From an uncultured Verrucomicrobiae bacterium (GTDB taxonomy: Bacteria; Verrucomicrobiota; Verrucomicrobiia; Chthoniobacterales; Chthoniobacteraceae), in contig CAWHEP010000002.1 in NCBI GenBank assembly GCA_963828525.1, positions 256,001 through 320,000 on the forward strand: a stretch of DNA of 64,000 nt. The letters run 5' to 3'. The notes under the pieces were generated by a model. It was not told the DNA's origin. It was given only the letters and a program-made list of their open reading frames with translations, and made no database searches. Positions 50,611-60,988 of the stretch are shown here, piece after piece; position 1 is the stretch's first letter, and the number at the start of each line of letters is the position of its first letter. The position numbers and the translations under genes were made by a program.

Positions 50611-50713
50611 ACAAGAATTGCCACGGAGCCATACACACGACTCCATGATTTCAAATTAGGGCACTACCAAGGAATGAGCGCCTGGCTCATCTATTAATCC
50701 CTCAACCACCCAC

Positions 50714-51964
50714 TCACGCCCCCACCCCAATATCCCGCCTGAAATGCGCCCCCTCAAATCCGATCCGCGAGATCGCCTCATAGACGCGTTCCCGAGCCTG
50801 CGCGAGGGTCGCTCCCAATGCCGTGACACCAAGGACGCGTCCTCCAGAAGTAACAGTCTGCCCCTCCCTGGTGCTCGTCCCGGCGTGGAAAACCATGATC
50901 TCCGGATCCACGTCCTCCAGCCCTGAGATCCGCGTCCCGGTCGCATAAGCTCCAGGGTAGCCTCCGGAAGTCATCACCACGCACACAGCCGCTTCGTCAC
51001 TCCATTCCGGGTGGCAGTCGCTCAGCGTTCCGTCCACAGATGCTTCCAATATATCGAGGAGGTCACTTTTAAGCCGGGGCAAAAGGCATTGCGTCTCCGG
51101 ATCTCCGAAACGGCTGTTGAACTCCAGCACCTTCGGCCCTTCTGCCGTCATCATCAGGCCCGGGTATAGCGTTCCACGGTAATCGATCCCCTCCTCGCGC
51201 AGCCCCGCCATGAACGGCTCCATGATCTCCCGCCGGACGCGCGCCTCCATCTCCGGGGTCAACAGACCGGATGGGCTGAAACTTCCCATGCCTCCCGTAT
51301 TGGGGCCCCGTCCTCCGTCAAATACCTGTTTGTGATCCTGCGCCCCGGGTAGCAGCAGGTAGCTTTTCGAGTCCAGGATGGCGTGCAACGAGCATTCCCG
51401 ACCGCGCAGGAACTCCTCGACGACCAACCCTTTTCCCGCCTCTCCGAACTGGCCCCGCTCCATCATCTGGTAGATCGCCTTTGCGGCCGCGTCCGAACTC
51501 TCCGCGATCACAACCCCTTTTCCCAGCGCCAGCCCATCCGCCTTTATCACCACCGGCAGGCGCATACCCCGGCTGAACAACTGCGCGTCCGCGCTCTCGG
51601 TGAAGTGCCCGGATTTTGCCGTCGAAATCCCGTGCCGCCCCATGAATTCCTTCGCGAATATCTTCGACCATTCAAATCGAGCCGCCTTCTGTGTCGGCCC
51701 AAAGACGCGCAAACCCGCTTCCTGGAAAACATCCACGATTCCCGCCGCGAGCGCATTATCCGGCCCCACCACAGTCATCCCCACTCCGTTATCACGCGCA
51801 AACCGCGCAAGCTCCCCATGATCCGTGATTTCCAGGTTCCGGGCGATCAGCGCCGTCCCGGCGTTGCCGGGCGCGCAAAAAAGGCCATCCACCCGCCGCG
51901 ATTTCCGGAGCTTCCAGGCAAGGGCATGTTCACGCCCTCCGCCACCGATGATCATTACATTCAT
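50714..51964 (-). CDS. purD: Phosphoribosylamine-glycine ligase
   Basis: GGGGREHALAW, APGNAG, KADGLALGKGV, GPNTGGMG, EFNSRFGDPE motifs. Confidence 0.98.
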   Translation of the reverse strand: MNVMIIGGGGREHALAWKLRKSRRVDGLFCAPGNAGTALIARNLEITDHGELARFARDNGVGMTVVGPDNALAAGIVDVFQEAGLRVFGPTQKAARFEWSKIFAKEFMGRHGISTAKSGHFTESADAQLFSRGMRLPVVIKADGLALGKGVVIAESSDAAAKAIYQMMERGQFGEAGKGLVVEEFLRGRECSLHAILDSKSYLLLPGAQDHKQVFDGGRGPNTGGMGSFSPSGLLTPEMEARVRREIMEPFMAGLREEGIDYRGTLYPGLMMTAEGPKVLEFNSRFGDPETQCLLPRLKSDLLDILEASVDGTLSDCHPEWSDEAAVCVVMTSGGYPGAYATGTRISGLEDVDPEIMVFHAGTSTREGQTVTSGGRVLGVTALGATLAQARERVYEAISRIGFEGAHFRRDIGVGA

Positions 51965-52107
51965 GCGAAAAGGCGTCCATCAAAGCAGGAGCAGGCGGTC
52001 GCGCCAACCTTTCCTTCTCATACCGCCGGTTTCACGCGTATTCCCCCGCGTCCCTTACATTGTCTCTTGCTTCACCCGCAACGCGCGACTTACTGTCCTC
52101 CAGCCCG

Positions 52108-52695
52108 ATGAAAAGCATGCCGCGATTCGAACGACTGGCAGGAGCCAACTCCTGGCATGATGTGGACCCTGACGACGGGGGCGGTCTCCCATTCCTGTTC
52201 AGCTCCATCATCGAGATTCCAGTCGGCTCCTCCAACAAGTATGAACTGGATAAGAAAACCGGCCTCCTGAGACTCGACCGCGTTCTCCATTCGGCCGTTT
52301 ACTACCCCGCCAACTACGGCTTCATCCCGCGCACCCTTGCCGATGATGGCGATCCGCTGGACGTGCTCGTCCTGGGCGCTGAACCCGTCGTCCCGCTCAC
52401 CCTCGTCTCAGCGCGCGCCATCGGCCTCATGACCATGAAAGACCAGGACGAGATGGATCATAAGGTCATCGCCGTCCACGTAAACGATCCCGAATACAAC
52501 AGTTATAGGGACGTGCATGAATTTCCCCCGCACAAGCTCGCCGTGCTCAAACGCTTCTTCGAGGATTACAAGTCTCTCGAACACAAGCGCGTCGTGGTCG
52601 ATGATATCATGCCCGTGGACTTCGCGGGTCCGGTCATCGAGCAGGCTCTCGCCTCTTACAAAAACTGGGTTCGCGGCGACATGCCCGCTTCCTGA
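52108..52695 (+). CDS. ppa: Family I inorganic pyrophosphatase
   Basis: KYELDK, YPANYGFIPRTLADDGDPLDVLV, FFEDYK motifs. Confidence 0.96.
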   Translation: MKSMPRFERLAGANSWHDVDPDDGGGLPFLFSSIIEIPVGSSNKYELDKKTGLLRLDRVLHSAVYYPANYGFIPRTLADDGDPLDVLVLGAEPVVPLTLVSARAIGLMTMKDQDEMDHKVIAVHVNDPEYNSYRDVHEFPPHKLAVLKRFFEDYKSLEHKRVVVDDIMPVDFAGPVIEQALASYKNWVRGDMPAS

Positions 52696-52724
52696 GTGGA
52701 TTCCGCGCCTTCCTGAAGCTCTCC

Positions 52725-53297
52725 ATGGCTCTCTCCGATTCCATCGCGGAAGGTGTCGCGACCCTGCAATCCCTCGCCTCCCTCCAGGCCGAGGTTATCC
52801 GCGCCGCTGAATTGATAACCGCTGCCATGCTTGCGGGAAACAAGCTCCTTATCTGTGGGAACGGGGGCAGCGCCTCCGACGCCGCCGATTTCGCTACGGA
52901 GTTCACATGCCGTTTTAGCCAGCACAGGGCGCCGTTCCCCGCGATCAATCTCGCCAGCGATGGCAGCTTGCTGACCGCGATCGGGAATGATTACGAGTTC
53001 TCTGCCGTTTTCGCGCGCCAGGTCACCGCTTATGGAAGGCCGGGCGACATAGTCGTCGTTTTCACAACCAGCGGGCGCTCCGAAAATATCGTCAAAGCTC
53101 TCGAAGAAGCGAAACAGCGGGGCCTCCAAAGCATCGCCTTTCTCGGCAACGATGGCGGCCGCGCCGCTGGTCTCGCAACCGTTGATTTACTGGTTGGCTC
53201 TTCCACCACCGCCCGCGTGCAGGAAGCCCATAAATTCCTGCTCCACGTCCTCTGCGAAATGGTGGATCCGGCGCTCGTCGCGCGAGCCATTACTTAG
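52725..53297 (+). CDS. gmhA: Sedoheptulose-7-phosphate isomerase (SIS domain)
   Basis: CGNGGSA, TAIGNDY, TTSGRS, ARVQEAH motifs. Confidence 0.92.
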   Translation: MALSDSIAEGVATLQSLASLQAEVIRAAELITAAMLAGNKLLICGNGGSASDAADFATEFTCRFSQHRAPFPAINLASDGSLLTAIGNDYEFSAVFARQVTAYGRPGDIVVVFTTSGRSENIVKALEEAKQRGLQSIAFLGNDGGRAAGLATVDLLVGSSTTARVQEAHKFLLHVLCEMVDPALVARAIT

Positions 53298-55556
53298 ATG
53301 AAGCATCTCCGCCTGCCCCTGCTTCTGATCCTGTGCGCTTTTTTCCTCCTGCAGGCCGGTGGCGCGGGCAAGACCGACTTCGGGCCGCTCTGCAGCGACG
53401 TCGGTCGCCTTCTCCGAAGCGCCGAATACACCCATCACAAGCTCGACGCCGAGATGTCCGCCCGCTTCCTCGGTAACCTTCTGGATACTCTGGATTTTGA
53501 TCACTTGTATTTTCTCCAGTCCGACATCGCTGGCTTCCGCGAAAAATACGGAGCCACGCTCGCGAAGGACGTCGCGGTAGGAGACGCGTCTCCCGCCTTT
53601 GTCATCTACGAGCGCTTCAAAAAGCGCGCCGAGGAGCGCGTCGCAAAGATAAAGCTTTTGCTCAAGACGCCCCTCGATTTCACCACGGATCGCTCGGTGG
53701 AGATCAGCCGGAAAAACGCCTCATGGCCCAAAGACCAGGCCGAGGCGGATCAACTCTGGAAAGACCGCGTCACAGGGGAACTCCTCCAGGAGAAACTGAG
53801 CGCGACGACAGCGGCAGCGGTCACCCTCGACGGTACGACAGCCAACGGCGCTGTCGACGTTCTTCCGCTCTCGCGCCCAGGCGCCTCGGTGGAGCATCCC
53901 AGGAAGGAAATCAAGGAAACCGAGCCGCCCGCCACGTTGATCGAACGCCGCTACGACCAGACGCTTCGCAACATCAACCAACAGTCGCGCCGCGACATCA
54001 TCAACACCTATCTCACCACTCTGGCTCAAAGCTACGATCCTCACTCCGACTACCTGAGCAAGGACGAGATGGAGAGCTTCGACATCAGCATGAAACTCTC
54101 GTTGGTAGGGATCGGAGCCGTGCTCAACTCGGAAGACGGTTACGCCAAAATCGTCCAACTCGTTCCCGGCGGCCCAGCCCAGATGGAAGGCCACCTCAAG
54201 GAAGGCGACCGGATCATTTCAGTCGCGCAGGGCTCCGCCCAATTTGTGGACGTCGTCGGCATGAAGCTCGACCAGGTTGTAAACCTCATCCGCGGTGACA
54301 AGGGCACCAAGGTCCGCCTCAAGGTCACCGCCCATCAGGGCACAGAAGCCCCGCACATCATCGAGATCACCCGCAACCAGGTCAAACTGAAGGAGCAGGA
54401 AGCAAAGGCGCAACTCATCGAACGAACCGATGCCAATGGCAAAATACGACGATTGGGCTGGATCGCCCTCCCCGCCTTCTATGCCGATTTCGACCATGAA
54501 GGCTCCTCCTCCGCCGTCAGCGCTACCACTGACGTTCGCCTCCTGTTGGAAAGGCTCAAAAAGGAGAAGATCGAAGGTCTGGTGATCGACCTCCGGCAGG
54601 ATGGCGGTGGCTCGCTCGACGAATCCATAAGCCTGGCCGGGCTGTTCGTCGGCGTGGGCCCTGTCGTTCAAACCAGAGCGGCGAACGGCAAAATCTCTGT
54701 CAATAACAGCAAGGATAAAGCCGCTTATGATGGCCCGCTCATCGTCGTCACCAATCGTCTCAGCGCCTCAGCCAGCGAGATCTTTGCCGCCGCCCTTCAG
54801 GATTATCGACGCGCGGTCATTGTCGGGGATGAAAGCACTTTCGGCAAAGGCACCGTCCAGACCATCTACGATCTCGATCATGGCTTTCTGCCTTCCATCC
54901 CGCGCGACGCCGGAGCCCTCAAGGTGACCATCCAGAAGTTCTACCGTGTCGCGGGCGGCTCCACCCAGCTTCGCGGCGTCACCCCCGACATTGTGCTGCC
55001 CTCGCGCTCAGACCTCGCCGACATTGGCGAGAAAGCTCTCATCAACCCCCTCCCATACGATGAGATTCCCCCCGCCCGTTACAAAAAGGTGGACGCCGCC
55101 TACCCCTCTCTCACCGCCATCAAGGCAAATTCAGAAGCCCGCGTAAAGGCGGACCCCGAGTTCGCCAGCGTCACCGCCGATCTCCAGCGTGACAAAGCAA
55201 AGCTTGCCGGGAACCGGCTCTCTCTCAACGAAGCCAAACGCCAGGCCGAAGCCGCGGATGCGAAAAAACGTCTTAAGCAGCGGGCCGACGAACGCGCCGC
55301 CAGAGTGCGACCCACTACAGAGCGAGCTTTCGAGATTACCCTCGATAACGTTGCAAACCCCGCTCTCACCCCGGCCGATGAAAAAACCCTGCGGGCAATG
55401 GCAAACAACGGGGACATCGACGATCCGCCCGACACTGACCCCAGCGACCCCAAGCCAGTCGATGAGATCAGAGCCGAGACCCTGAGCATTCTACAGGATA
55501 TGACCACCAAGACCATCCAGCCCGCCACAGCACAGGCGGCGCCTGGTCACCTGTAA
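53298..55556 (+). CDS. prc: Carboxy-terminal processing protease (Prc/Tsp, S41A)
   Basis: DPHSDY, GIGAVL PDZ, DLRQDGGG, SASASEI, TFGKGTVQ, GGSTQLRGV motifs. Confidence 0.92.
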   Translation: MKHLRLPLLLILCAFFLLQAGGAGKTDFGPLCSDVGRLLRSAEYTHHKLDAEMSARFLGNLLDTLDFDHLYFLQSDIAGFREKYGATLAKDVAVGDASPAFVIYERFKKRAEERVAKIKLLLKTPLDFTTDRSVEISRKNASWPKDQAEADQLWKDRVTGELLQEKLSATTAAAVTLDGTTANGAVDVLPLSRPGASVEHPRKEIKETEPPATLIERRYDQTLRNINQQSRRDIINTYLTTLAQSYDPHSDYLSKDEMESFDISMKLSLVGIGAVLNSEDGYAKIVQLVPGGPAQMEGHLKEGDRIISVAQGSAQFVDVVGMKLDQVVNLIRGDKGTKVRLKVTAHQGTEAPHIIEITRNQVKLKEQEAKAQLIERTDANGKIRRLGWIALPAFYADFDHEGSSSAVSATTDVRLLLERLKKEKIEGLVIDLRQDGGGSLDESISLAGLFVGVGPVVQTRAANGKISVNNSKDKAAYDGPLIVVTNRLSASASEIFAAALQDYRRAVIVGDESTFGKGTVQTIYDLDHGFLPSIPRDAGALKVTIQKFYRVAGGSTQLRGVTPDIVLPSRSDLADIGEKALINPLPYDEIPPARYKKVDAAYPSLTAIKANSEARVKADPEFASVTADLQRDKAKLAGNRLSLNEAKRQAEAADAKKRLKQRADERAARVRPTTERAFEITLDNVANPALTPADEKTLRAMANNGDIDDPPDTDPSDPKPVDEIRAETLSILQDMTTKTIQPATAQAAPGHL

Positions 55557-55575
55557 ACGGGGCGTCTCTCGCCTC

Positions 55576-57462
55576 TCAGTAAGCCGTGCTCCGAACCGTC
55601 GGTAAAACCGGGCGCTCCGCGGGGCGCAGGAACAAGCACACAAGATCCCCCATCGAGTTCTCGATGGTATCGCTGTATCCAGCCGCCTTGAATTGCTGCA
55701 GGAGAGCCGCCCCCCGATCCGGGAATCCGCTCCGGTTGATATACATCGCCCCGAAGCCGTAGCGTTCGAGCGTCTTTATGGCATTCTCCGGCCCTCCAAC
55801 GGCCAACTGCTGTTGCCACGAGTCTTGAGGACGTCCTTTTATGCTTCCAAACGAATAGCGCAGCCTTTTCGAAAACAGGTACGGGCGAAAATGATCGTAG
55901 GCCGATACACCGCGCCCCGGCGACTCCGGGTATTCCATGATCGGCAGTTGGAACACCATGGAGCCGGGACGCAATCGAGCCTCCATGCTTTCCGTGAACT
56001 TCCTGTCGGATTCTACGACTCCCGCTGTGCTGGCAGTCTCGGCGGCGGACACTTGTGGCGGCGTTTGATCCCATATCCCGATCATCGCGATCACCGCTGC
56101 TCCAATCCCGCTTAACACCATGCCGTTTGCGCGATCCCCCTTGCACCGCGCTCGCCGCTGCGCGCGGGCCAGCGCGGATAGACGGCCAACGGCAAACATC
56201 AGCAGGATGGGCACGATGAAGATGCTGTATCGCGTGGTGGAGCGGAACAGTTGAAACCCAAGACTCCCGATCCATCCATTGAATCCGCCCACCGTGGAGT
56301 AAAAAACGATCCACAGAATCTGCCAGGCGGCCAGCGGCAATCCCCGCGCTGGGAGGCGCAGCATGCGTTGCCCGCAGACGCGCGCAAGCAATGCCAATGC
56401 TCCAATCCCGCAAATCCCGATATAGCACGGCGGGGGCGTCTCGCCAGGCACGAGCACTCCTGAAAAGTAACTCTTGCCCCAATCTCCAAACAGCGCGAAC
56501 GCGTGATCCGGGGGCGGCATCACAAGATCGACAACCTTGAGCGCGTAGAACTCCAGCCATTGATAATTCCGCGCCACCGCGCCGGGGTTGGCCCCATTCA
56601 CCAGGTGGTAGTAAAAGGTATCCGAGCAAGTCAGCAGAAACGTCGCTAGGGCCACGGCTGTGACGCTCAACGCGGGCAGGGCTGCTCGTCCATCTCGCCT
56701 GATAAATTGAAAAAATCCCGCCAGCAACACGAGTTGCAGGAACATGTTTGTATAGTAAACATTCTGCGCTCCCGCCACAGCGGCCACGCCCAAAGCGAAG
56801 AGATGCTTGCGCCCCCAAAGCGCAACCCCTTGCCGCGCCGAGAGCCAGTGGCACACCAGCAGGCAAAGCGGGATATGCCAGTAATACACGAGCGCGATAT
56901 GGTGTTCGCCATGCGCGAACGCGTACCTCGAAAATGCGAAAAGCAGCGCCCCGCAACAACTCCAGATCCAGTCATACCTCAGCAGCCGGCAAGCCACGTA
57001 AAAACCGGCTGCCGCCAGGACGAACGCCATGAGAAGCCCGAAGTTGAATGCCGGAAACAGCCCCATCACCCGCGCGGCGATTCCCAATCCGCATACCAGA
57101 AACTCTTCTCCCGAGGGGAAGTCCGACCAGTGCGCCCCAAAAGGAGCCCCCAATTCGGGTACCGTCCGCTGCAGCATCGGCCAGATGTGACCGTCCGAGG
57201 CCGCCTTGATCGAAGCGAGCGCGTTCTTGGCATCCGACGCGTCCGGGTTCGTTCCATATTCGATCGGCGCCTTCCACGCCCATCCCTCGAAACGATTGTA
57301 GAGGTAGCACCAGACAAGGACTGTGACCAATGCAAGCCCGGCAAGGCGGGCGGCATCCCCCCTCGTCAACCCATGCCACGCGATAGGCTTCCCGCGCGCG
57401 ACGGTTGCTGCTCCGCCAGCAGCGCCAGAGCGCTGCTTTCCCGATCTCGCTGCTTTGCCCAT
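55576..57462 (-). CDS. Multi-TM GT-C-like (YfhO-like) membrane protein
   Basis: Many TM segments and a C-terminal soluble domain (MVFQLP...YDH.RPYL...YSFG.IKGR). Lies downstream of the GT2. Confidence 0.6.
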   Translation of the reverse strand: MGKAARSGKQRSGAAGGAATVARGKPIAWHGLTRGDAARLAGLALVTVLVWCYLYNRFEGWAWKAPIEYGTNPDASDAKNALASIKAASDGHIWPMLQRTVPELGAPFGAHWSDFPSGEEFLVCGLGIAARVMGLFPAFNFGLLMAFVLAAAGFYVACRLLRYDWIWSCCGALLFAFSRYAFAHGEHHIALVYYWHIPLCLLVCHWLSARQGVALWGRKHLFALGVAAVAGAQNVYYTNMFLQLVLLAGFFQFIRRDGRAALPALSVTAVALATFLLTCSDTFYYHLVNGANPGAVARNYQWLEFYALKVVDLVMPPPDHAFALFGDWGKSYFSGVLVPGETPPPCYIGICGIGALALLARVCGQRMLRLPARGLPLAAWQILWIVFYSTVGGFNGWIGSLGFQLFRSTTRYSIFIVPILLMFAVGRLSALARAQRRARCKGDRANGMVLSGIGAAVIAMIGIWDQTPPQVSAAETASTAGVVESDRKFTESMEARLRPGSMVFQLPIMEYPESPGRGVSAYDHFRPYLFSKRLRYSFGSIKGRPQDSWQQQLAVGGPENAIKTLERYGFGAMYINRSGFPDRGAALLQQFKAAGYSDTIENSMGDLVCLFLRPAERPVLPTVRSTAY

Positions 57463-57467
57463 ACCGC

Positions 57468-58445
57468 TCAGATGATCTTCAAACCACCCGAAGCAGCCGG
57501 TGTTGCCGATCCCTCCGCGAAGTTGATCCGCTCCCGCTCGATCACATGCGGCCTGTTCTGCAGCCGCGTGTGAATCCAGCCTATATACTCACCAAGTATT
57601 CCGATGAAAAATAGCTGCACCGAGCCAAGAAAAAAGATGCCTATGATCAGTGGCGCAAGCCCGAATTCAAATCGATACCAGAATAGCAGCTTGGCCATCA
57701 GATACCCCAGGGCGATCAAAAAACTGACCACCGACATCGCGAAGCCGCACATGGTCGCGAGACGCAAAGGCACTTTGGAATGCGAGGTGATGCCAAGCAT
57801 GGCCATGTCATACAACGTCAGGAAATTATTCTTCGTGATGCCACGCTTCCTCGTCGGCTGTCGAAACTCCACCAGCCCCACCGGATAGCCCAGTTCCGCC
57901 ACAAGGCCCCGTATGTAGGGATACGCTTCGCCGAGTTTGCGGAATTCTCGGATTACTTCCTGGTCATACAGCCCCGTGCCCGTCACGTTTTGCAGCAATT
58001 CGACATCCGCGAGCCGGGTGGCGAGTTTGTAATAAGCTTTGCGCAGGAAATAGAAGAGGGAAGGCTCATCGCTCGCTGTCTTCTGCGCGAGCACAACCTT
58101 CCAGCCTTCCTCCCACTTTTTCAGATACTCCGGAATCAACGCCGGTGGGTCTTGCAAATCGGAGGCCATCAGGATCACGGCATCTCCGCGCGACTGCAAA
58201 AGGCCGTGATAAGGCGAGCGGATATGCCCGAAGTTCCGGATGTTGACGATGACCTTCACCCGGCGATCCTTCGCGGCAAGCTCCTTCAGGATTTCCAGCG
58301 TCCCATCACTGGACGCGTTGTCTACAAACACATGCTCGTAGTCATACTGCGGGAGCGCCGCCATCACTGCCTTGATCTCTGAGTACAGTTCCCGGACGTT
58401 TTCCTCCTCGTTGTAACACGGGGTCGTGATGGTGATGCTCTTCAT
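57468..58445 (-). CDS. GT2 polyprenol-phosphate glycosyltransferase (GtrB/ArnC-like)
   Basis: PCYNEEEN, VDNASSDGT, RNFGH, DLQDPP, two C-terminal TMs, GILGEYIG. Confidence 0.9.
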   Translation of the reverse strand: MKSITITTPCYNEEENVRELYSEIKAVMAALPQYDYEHVFVDNASSDGTLEILKELAAKDRRVKVIVNIRNFGHIRSPYHGLLQSRGDAVILMASDLQDPPALIPEYLKKWEEGWKVVLAQKTASDEPSLFYFLRKAYYKLATRLADVELLQNVTGTGLYDQEVIREFRKLGEAYPYIRGLVAELGYPVGLVEFRQPTRKRGITKNNFLTLYDMAMLGITSHSKVPLRLATMCGFAMSVVSFLIALGYLMAKLLFWYRFEFGLAPLIIGIFFLGSVQLFFIGILGEYIGWIHTRLQNRPHVIERERINFAEGSATPAASGGLKII

Positions 58446-59509
58446 CACTCCGCTTGGTGGATGAACTCCGCGAGCAGCGGGCGCAACTCCTGTTCGAGAT
58501 CAAGCTGGCGCTTCTCCATTTTCCCGACGCCCCTCGTGAGAATACAGTTCAACGCGCCACGCGTGTTCTTCTTATCCAGTTTTATCGCCGCCAGGATTGA
58601 CTCGAAATCGACCGTGCCAAGTATCCTCTCGTAAGGCATGTAGAAGCGCTTCAGGAAGCCGTCCAGCTCGGCGAACTCACCGCTCGGCAGCAGCCCGAGC
58701 TTCTCGGAGATAAACGTCGCTGTCGCTATTCCCAGCGACACAGCGATCCCGTGCGGTATCTGGTAACGCGTCGCCGATTCGTACGCGTGCCCGAAAGTAT
58801 GTCCATAGTTCAGGATGTTCCGCGGCCCGCGATCAAACTCATCAATTTCTATATAGTGCTTTTTGATCTCCAGGCAGCGCCGGATCAGCGGCGCGAGCCG
58901 CGCCGGATGCGTAAACTCGGAACCATCGAGATGCATCCGCAAGGATGCGTAGTCTGCCTCGCTTGAAAGCAAATGAAGCTTGATGACTTCGCCCAGGCCA
59001 GAGCGAAGTTCATCTATGGGTAGCGTCTCAAGGAGACCGAATACCAAGCCCACGCTATGAGGCGGATAAAACGTCCCAATCTGGTTCTTGAAGCTGGCTA
59101 TGTTGACCGAACTCTTGCTGCCGATACAGCTATCGCACTGGGCAAGCAGCGTCGTCGGTATCAGCCGCCATTTCACCCCGCGGAAGAGGACCGAGGCTAT
59201 AAAGCAGCCAATGTCCTGAACAACCCCGCCCCCGATCACAAGCAATGTGCAATCGCGCCGGAAACCATTCTCCAGGAGCCAGGTAAAGAGCGGGGTCAAT
59301 CTCTCAAACGACTTTTGCTCCTCGGTCGCCGCGATCCTCAGAGTGTTCCGCGCCAGTAACGACTGTAAACCAGCCGCGCTCGGCAGCTGGAACAGCACTT
59401 CGTCAACAAGGGCAAACACCTTGTCCGGTTCGCCCACCGCCTCCACGGCCTCAGCAAGCGTGGCAATCTCCTCTACGGGATACTCATGGCTGCCGCCTTT
59501 GATGACCAT
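58445..59509 (-). CDS. AroB-related sugar-phosphate cyclase (DHQS-like)
   Basis: IGGGVVQD, PTTLLAQCDSCIGSK, KNQIG, DEFD, LNYGHTFGHA, PHGIAV motifs. Confidence 0.85.
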   Translation of the reverse strand: MVIKGGSHEYPVEEIATLAEAVEAVGEPDKVFALVDEVLFQLPSAAGLQSLLARNTLRIAATEEQKSFERLTPLFTWLLENGFRRDCTLLVIGGGVVQDIGCFIASVLFRGVKWRLIPTTLLAQCDSCIGSKSSVNIASFKNQIGTFYPPHSVGLVFGLLETLPIDELRSGLGEVIKLHLLSSEADYASLRMHLDGSEFTHPARLAPLIRRCLEIKKHYIEIDEFDRGPRNILNYGHTFGHAYESATRYQIPHGIAVSLGIATATFISEKLGLLPSGEFAELDGFLKRFYMPYERILGTVDFESILAAIKLDKKNTRGALNCILTRGVGKMEKRQLDLEQELRPLLAEFIHQAE

Positions 59510-59514
59510 GACTC

Positions 59515-60180
59515 TTATTGGCAGGTAAACCCGCCATCGACAACGATGGTCTGGCCTGTCAGGTAGGTGTTTGACTCCGAACAGAGAAACGCCACCACTG
59601 ACGCGATCTCGGACGGCAAAGCCAGCCGTCCCGCGGGGATGGCAGCGACGATCTTCTCCATCTCCGACGGGGAATTATTCGCGCGAGTCATTTCTGTTTC
59701 CACGTAACCAGGGCACACCGAGTTCACCAGGACGCCATCCCCCGCAAACTCCACCGCGATCGTCCGCGTGATGGCGTTTAGACCTGCTTTTGTCATCGAG
59801 TAAACTGTCCGTCCTTTCCGCGAAACGAGACTGAATACCGAGCTGATATTTACGATCCGCCCCCACCCGGCCTGTCTCATGGAGGGCGCCACCGCCTGGA
59901 TGAGACGCCGCGGAGCGTTGAGATTCACCTGCGCCATCTCCGCCCAGCTTCCATCCTCGATCTCCTCGCATCGCTGCGGAAAATTCACCCCCGCGTTGTT
60001 GACCAGGATGTCAACATGGTCTCGCAACAGGTCCTTTATCGACGCCGCCAGGCTCGCGTCATCCGAGAGATCCAATTCCTCGCGAGTAGGCGCGATCACA
60101 CGCGCGCCCGCCTTGCGGAACTCGTCCGCGACCGCCCGCCCGATTCCCCGCGACCCGCCAGTGATGAGCGCCGTGCGCAT
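59515..60180 (-). CDS. SDR family oxidoreductase
   Basis: [23 protein letters not shown] motifs. Confidence 0.93.
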   Translation of the reverse strand: MRTALITGGSRGIGRAVADEFRKAGARVIAPTREELDLSDDASLAASIKDLLRDHVDILVNNAGVNFPQRCEEIEDGSWAEMAQVNLNAPRRLIQAVAPSMRQAGWGRIVNISSVFSLVSRKGRTVYSMTKAGLNAITRTIAVEFAGDGVLVNSVCPGYVETEMTRANNSPSEMEKIVAAIPAGRLALPSEIASVVAFLCSESNTYLTGQTIVVDGGFTCQ

Positions 60181-60986
60181 CAACCCACAGGCACTTGGGC
60201 AATCGACTTGCTGTACCTCTCCTCCATCATCCGCAGCCGCGCCTCATCCTCCCGGCTTATCAACCCGTAATATTCGCGCTTGTTTTTAAGCCACATCATC
60301 TCGAATTGCACCGCCTTCAGGAATGCGGCCTCTGTGTTCCCCAGCGCCCCAGGACAGGAGAAAACCACCTTGCGCGTCTCGAATCGATCCAGGTGCCCCG
60401 CCGGAAAAGAACGGAAAAACGGAATGGAATGCACCGAGACTCCTCCACCTACCACGACTGTCTTCCCATGCGCCTTCGCCTTCGCCGCCATCTCAAGGCA
60501 GATTTTCAGCACTTCATCGCTATTGATCGCTTCACGGCTCAGATCCATTGATCCCGTCAGGTCAACCCGGCCCAGCACGATCCCGTTCAGCTTCCCCGCC
60601 TCAGGCAGCGCCAGCATCGCCTCGAAGTTGTTGCACGCCGTCCGCGTCTCGAGGTTTATGAGATACTGCATGTCGGACCGCTGCTCGGCGGAAAAACCAA
60701 TCTCCAGAGCCTTCAGATACTTCTTCAACGCGTACGCGGTCTCCACCATCGGAGCCACCAGGAAACGCGTCCCGAGATTCGACGCCTCGAACATGTCGCG
60801 GATCGCCTCGCATCCGCCGATCTTCAACGTGAGGCTCAGCCCGGCGGACATGCTCACCTCCTTCAATCTCATCGCTTCCTCCAGCCGCGTGCCCTCCGCT
60901 TCAAACTCGGCTTTTACGCCGATGACGTTGTGCTGCTCTTTTAGCTCAACGAGGAGCTGAACCATCTGCTTTTCGGTCGCGTTCAT
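60180..60986 (-). CDS. HpcH/HpaI aldolase-citrate lyase family protein
   Basis: [31 protein letters not shown] motifs. Own ATG at 60986. Confidence 0.8.
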   Translation of the reverse strand: MNATEKQMVQLLVELKEQHNVIGVKAEFEAEGTRLEEAMRLKEVSMSAGLSLTLKIGGCEAIRDMFEASNLGTRFLVAPMVETAYALKKYLKALEIGFSAEQRSDMQYLINLETRTACNNFEAMLALPEAGKLNGIVLGRVDLTGSMDLSREAINSDEVLKICLEMAAKAKAHGKTVVVGGGVSVHSIPFFRSFPAGHLDRFETRKVVFSCPGALGNTEAAFLKAVQFEMMWLKNKREYYGLISREDEARLRMMEERYSKSIAQVPVG

Positions 60987-60988
60987 AT

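Larger units (their letters stand above)
49279..50668. mobile_element. Non-autonomous IS1-like element with a passenger gene
   Basis: 21-bp TIRs GGTAATGCCCTAATTTGAATT (49279-49299) and ATTTCAAATTAGGGCACTACC (50648-50668), 19/21 match. AAGGAAT flanks both sides. Truncated transposase N-terminus inside. Confidence 0.85.

Noticed and set aside
55547..56959. Long alternative-frame ORFs (e.g. 470 aa here, 420 aa at 12054-13316, 357 aa at 20714-21787)
   Set aside because: They overlap well-supported genes and lack recognisable motifs; typical shadow ORFs of high-GC DNA.
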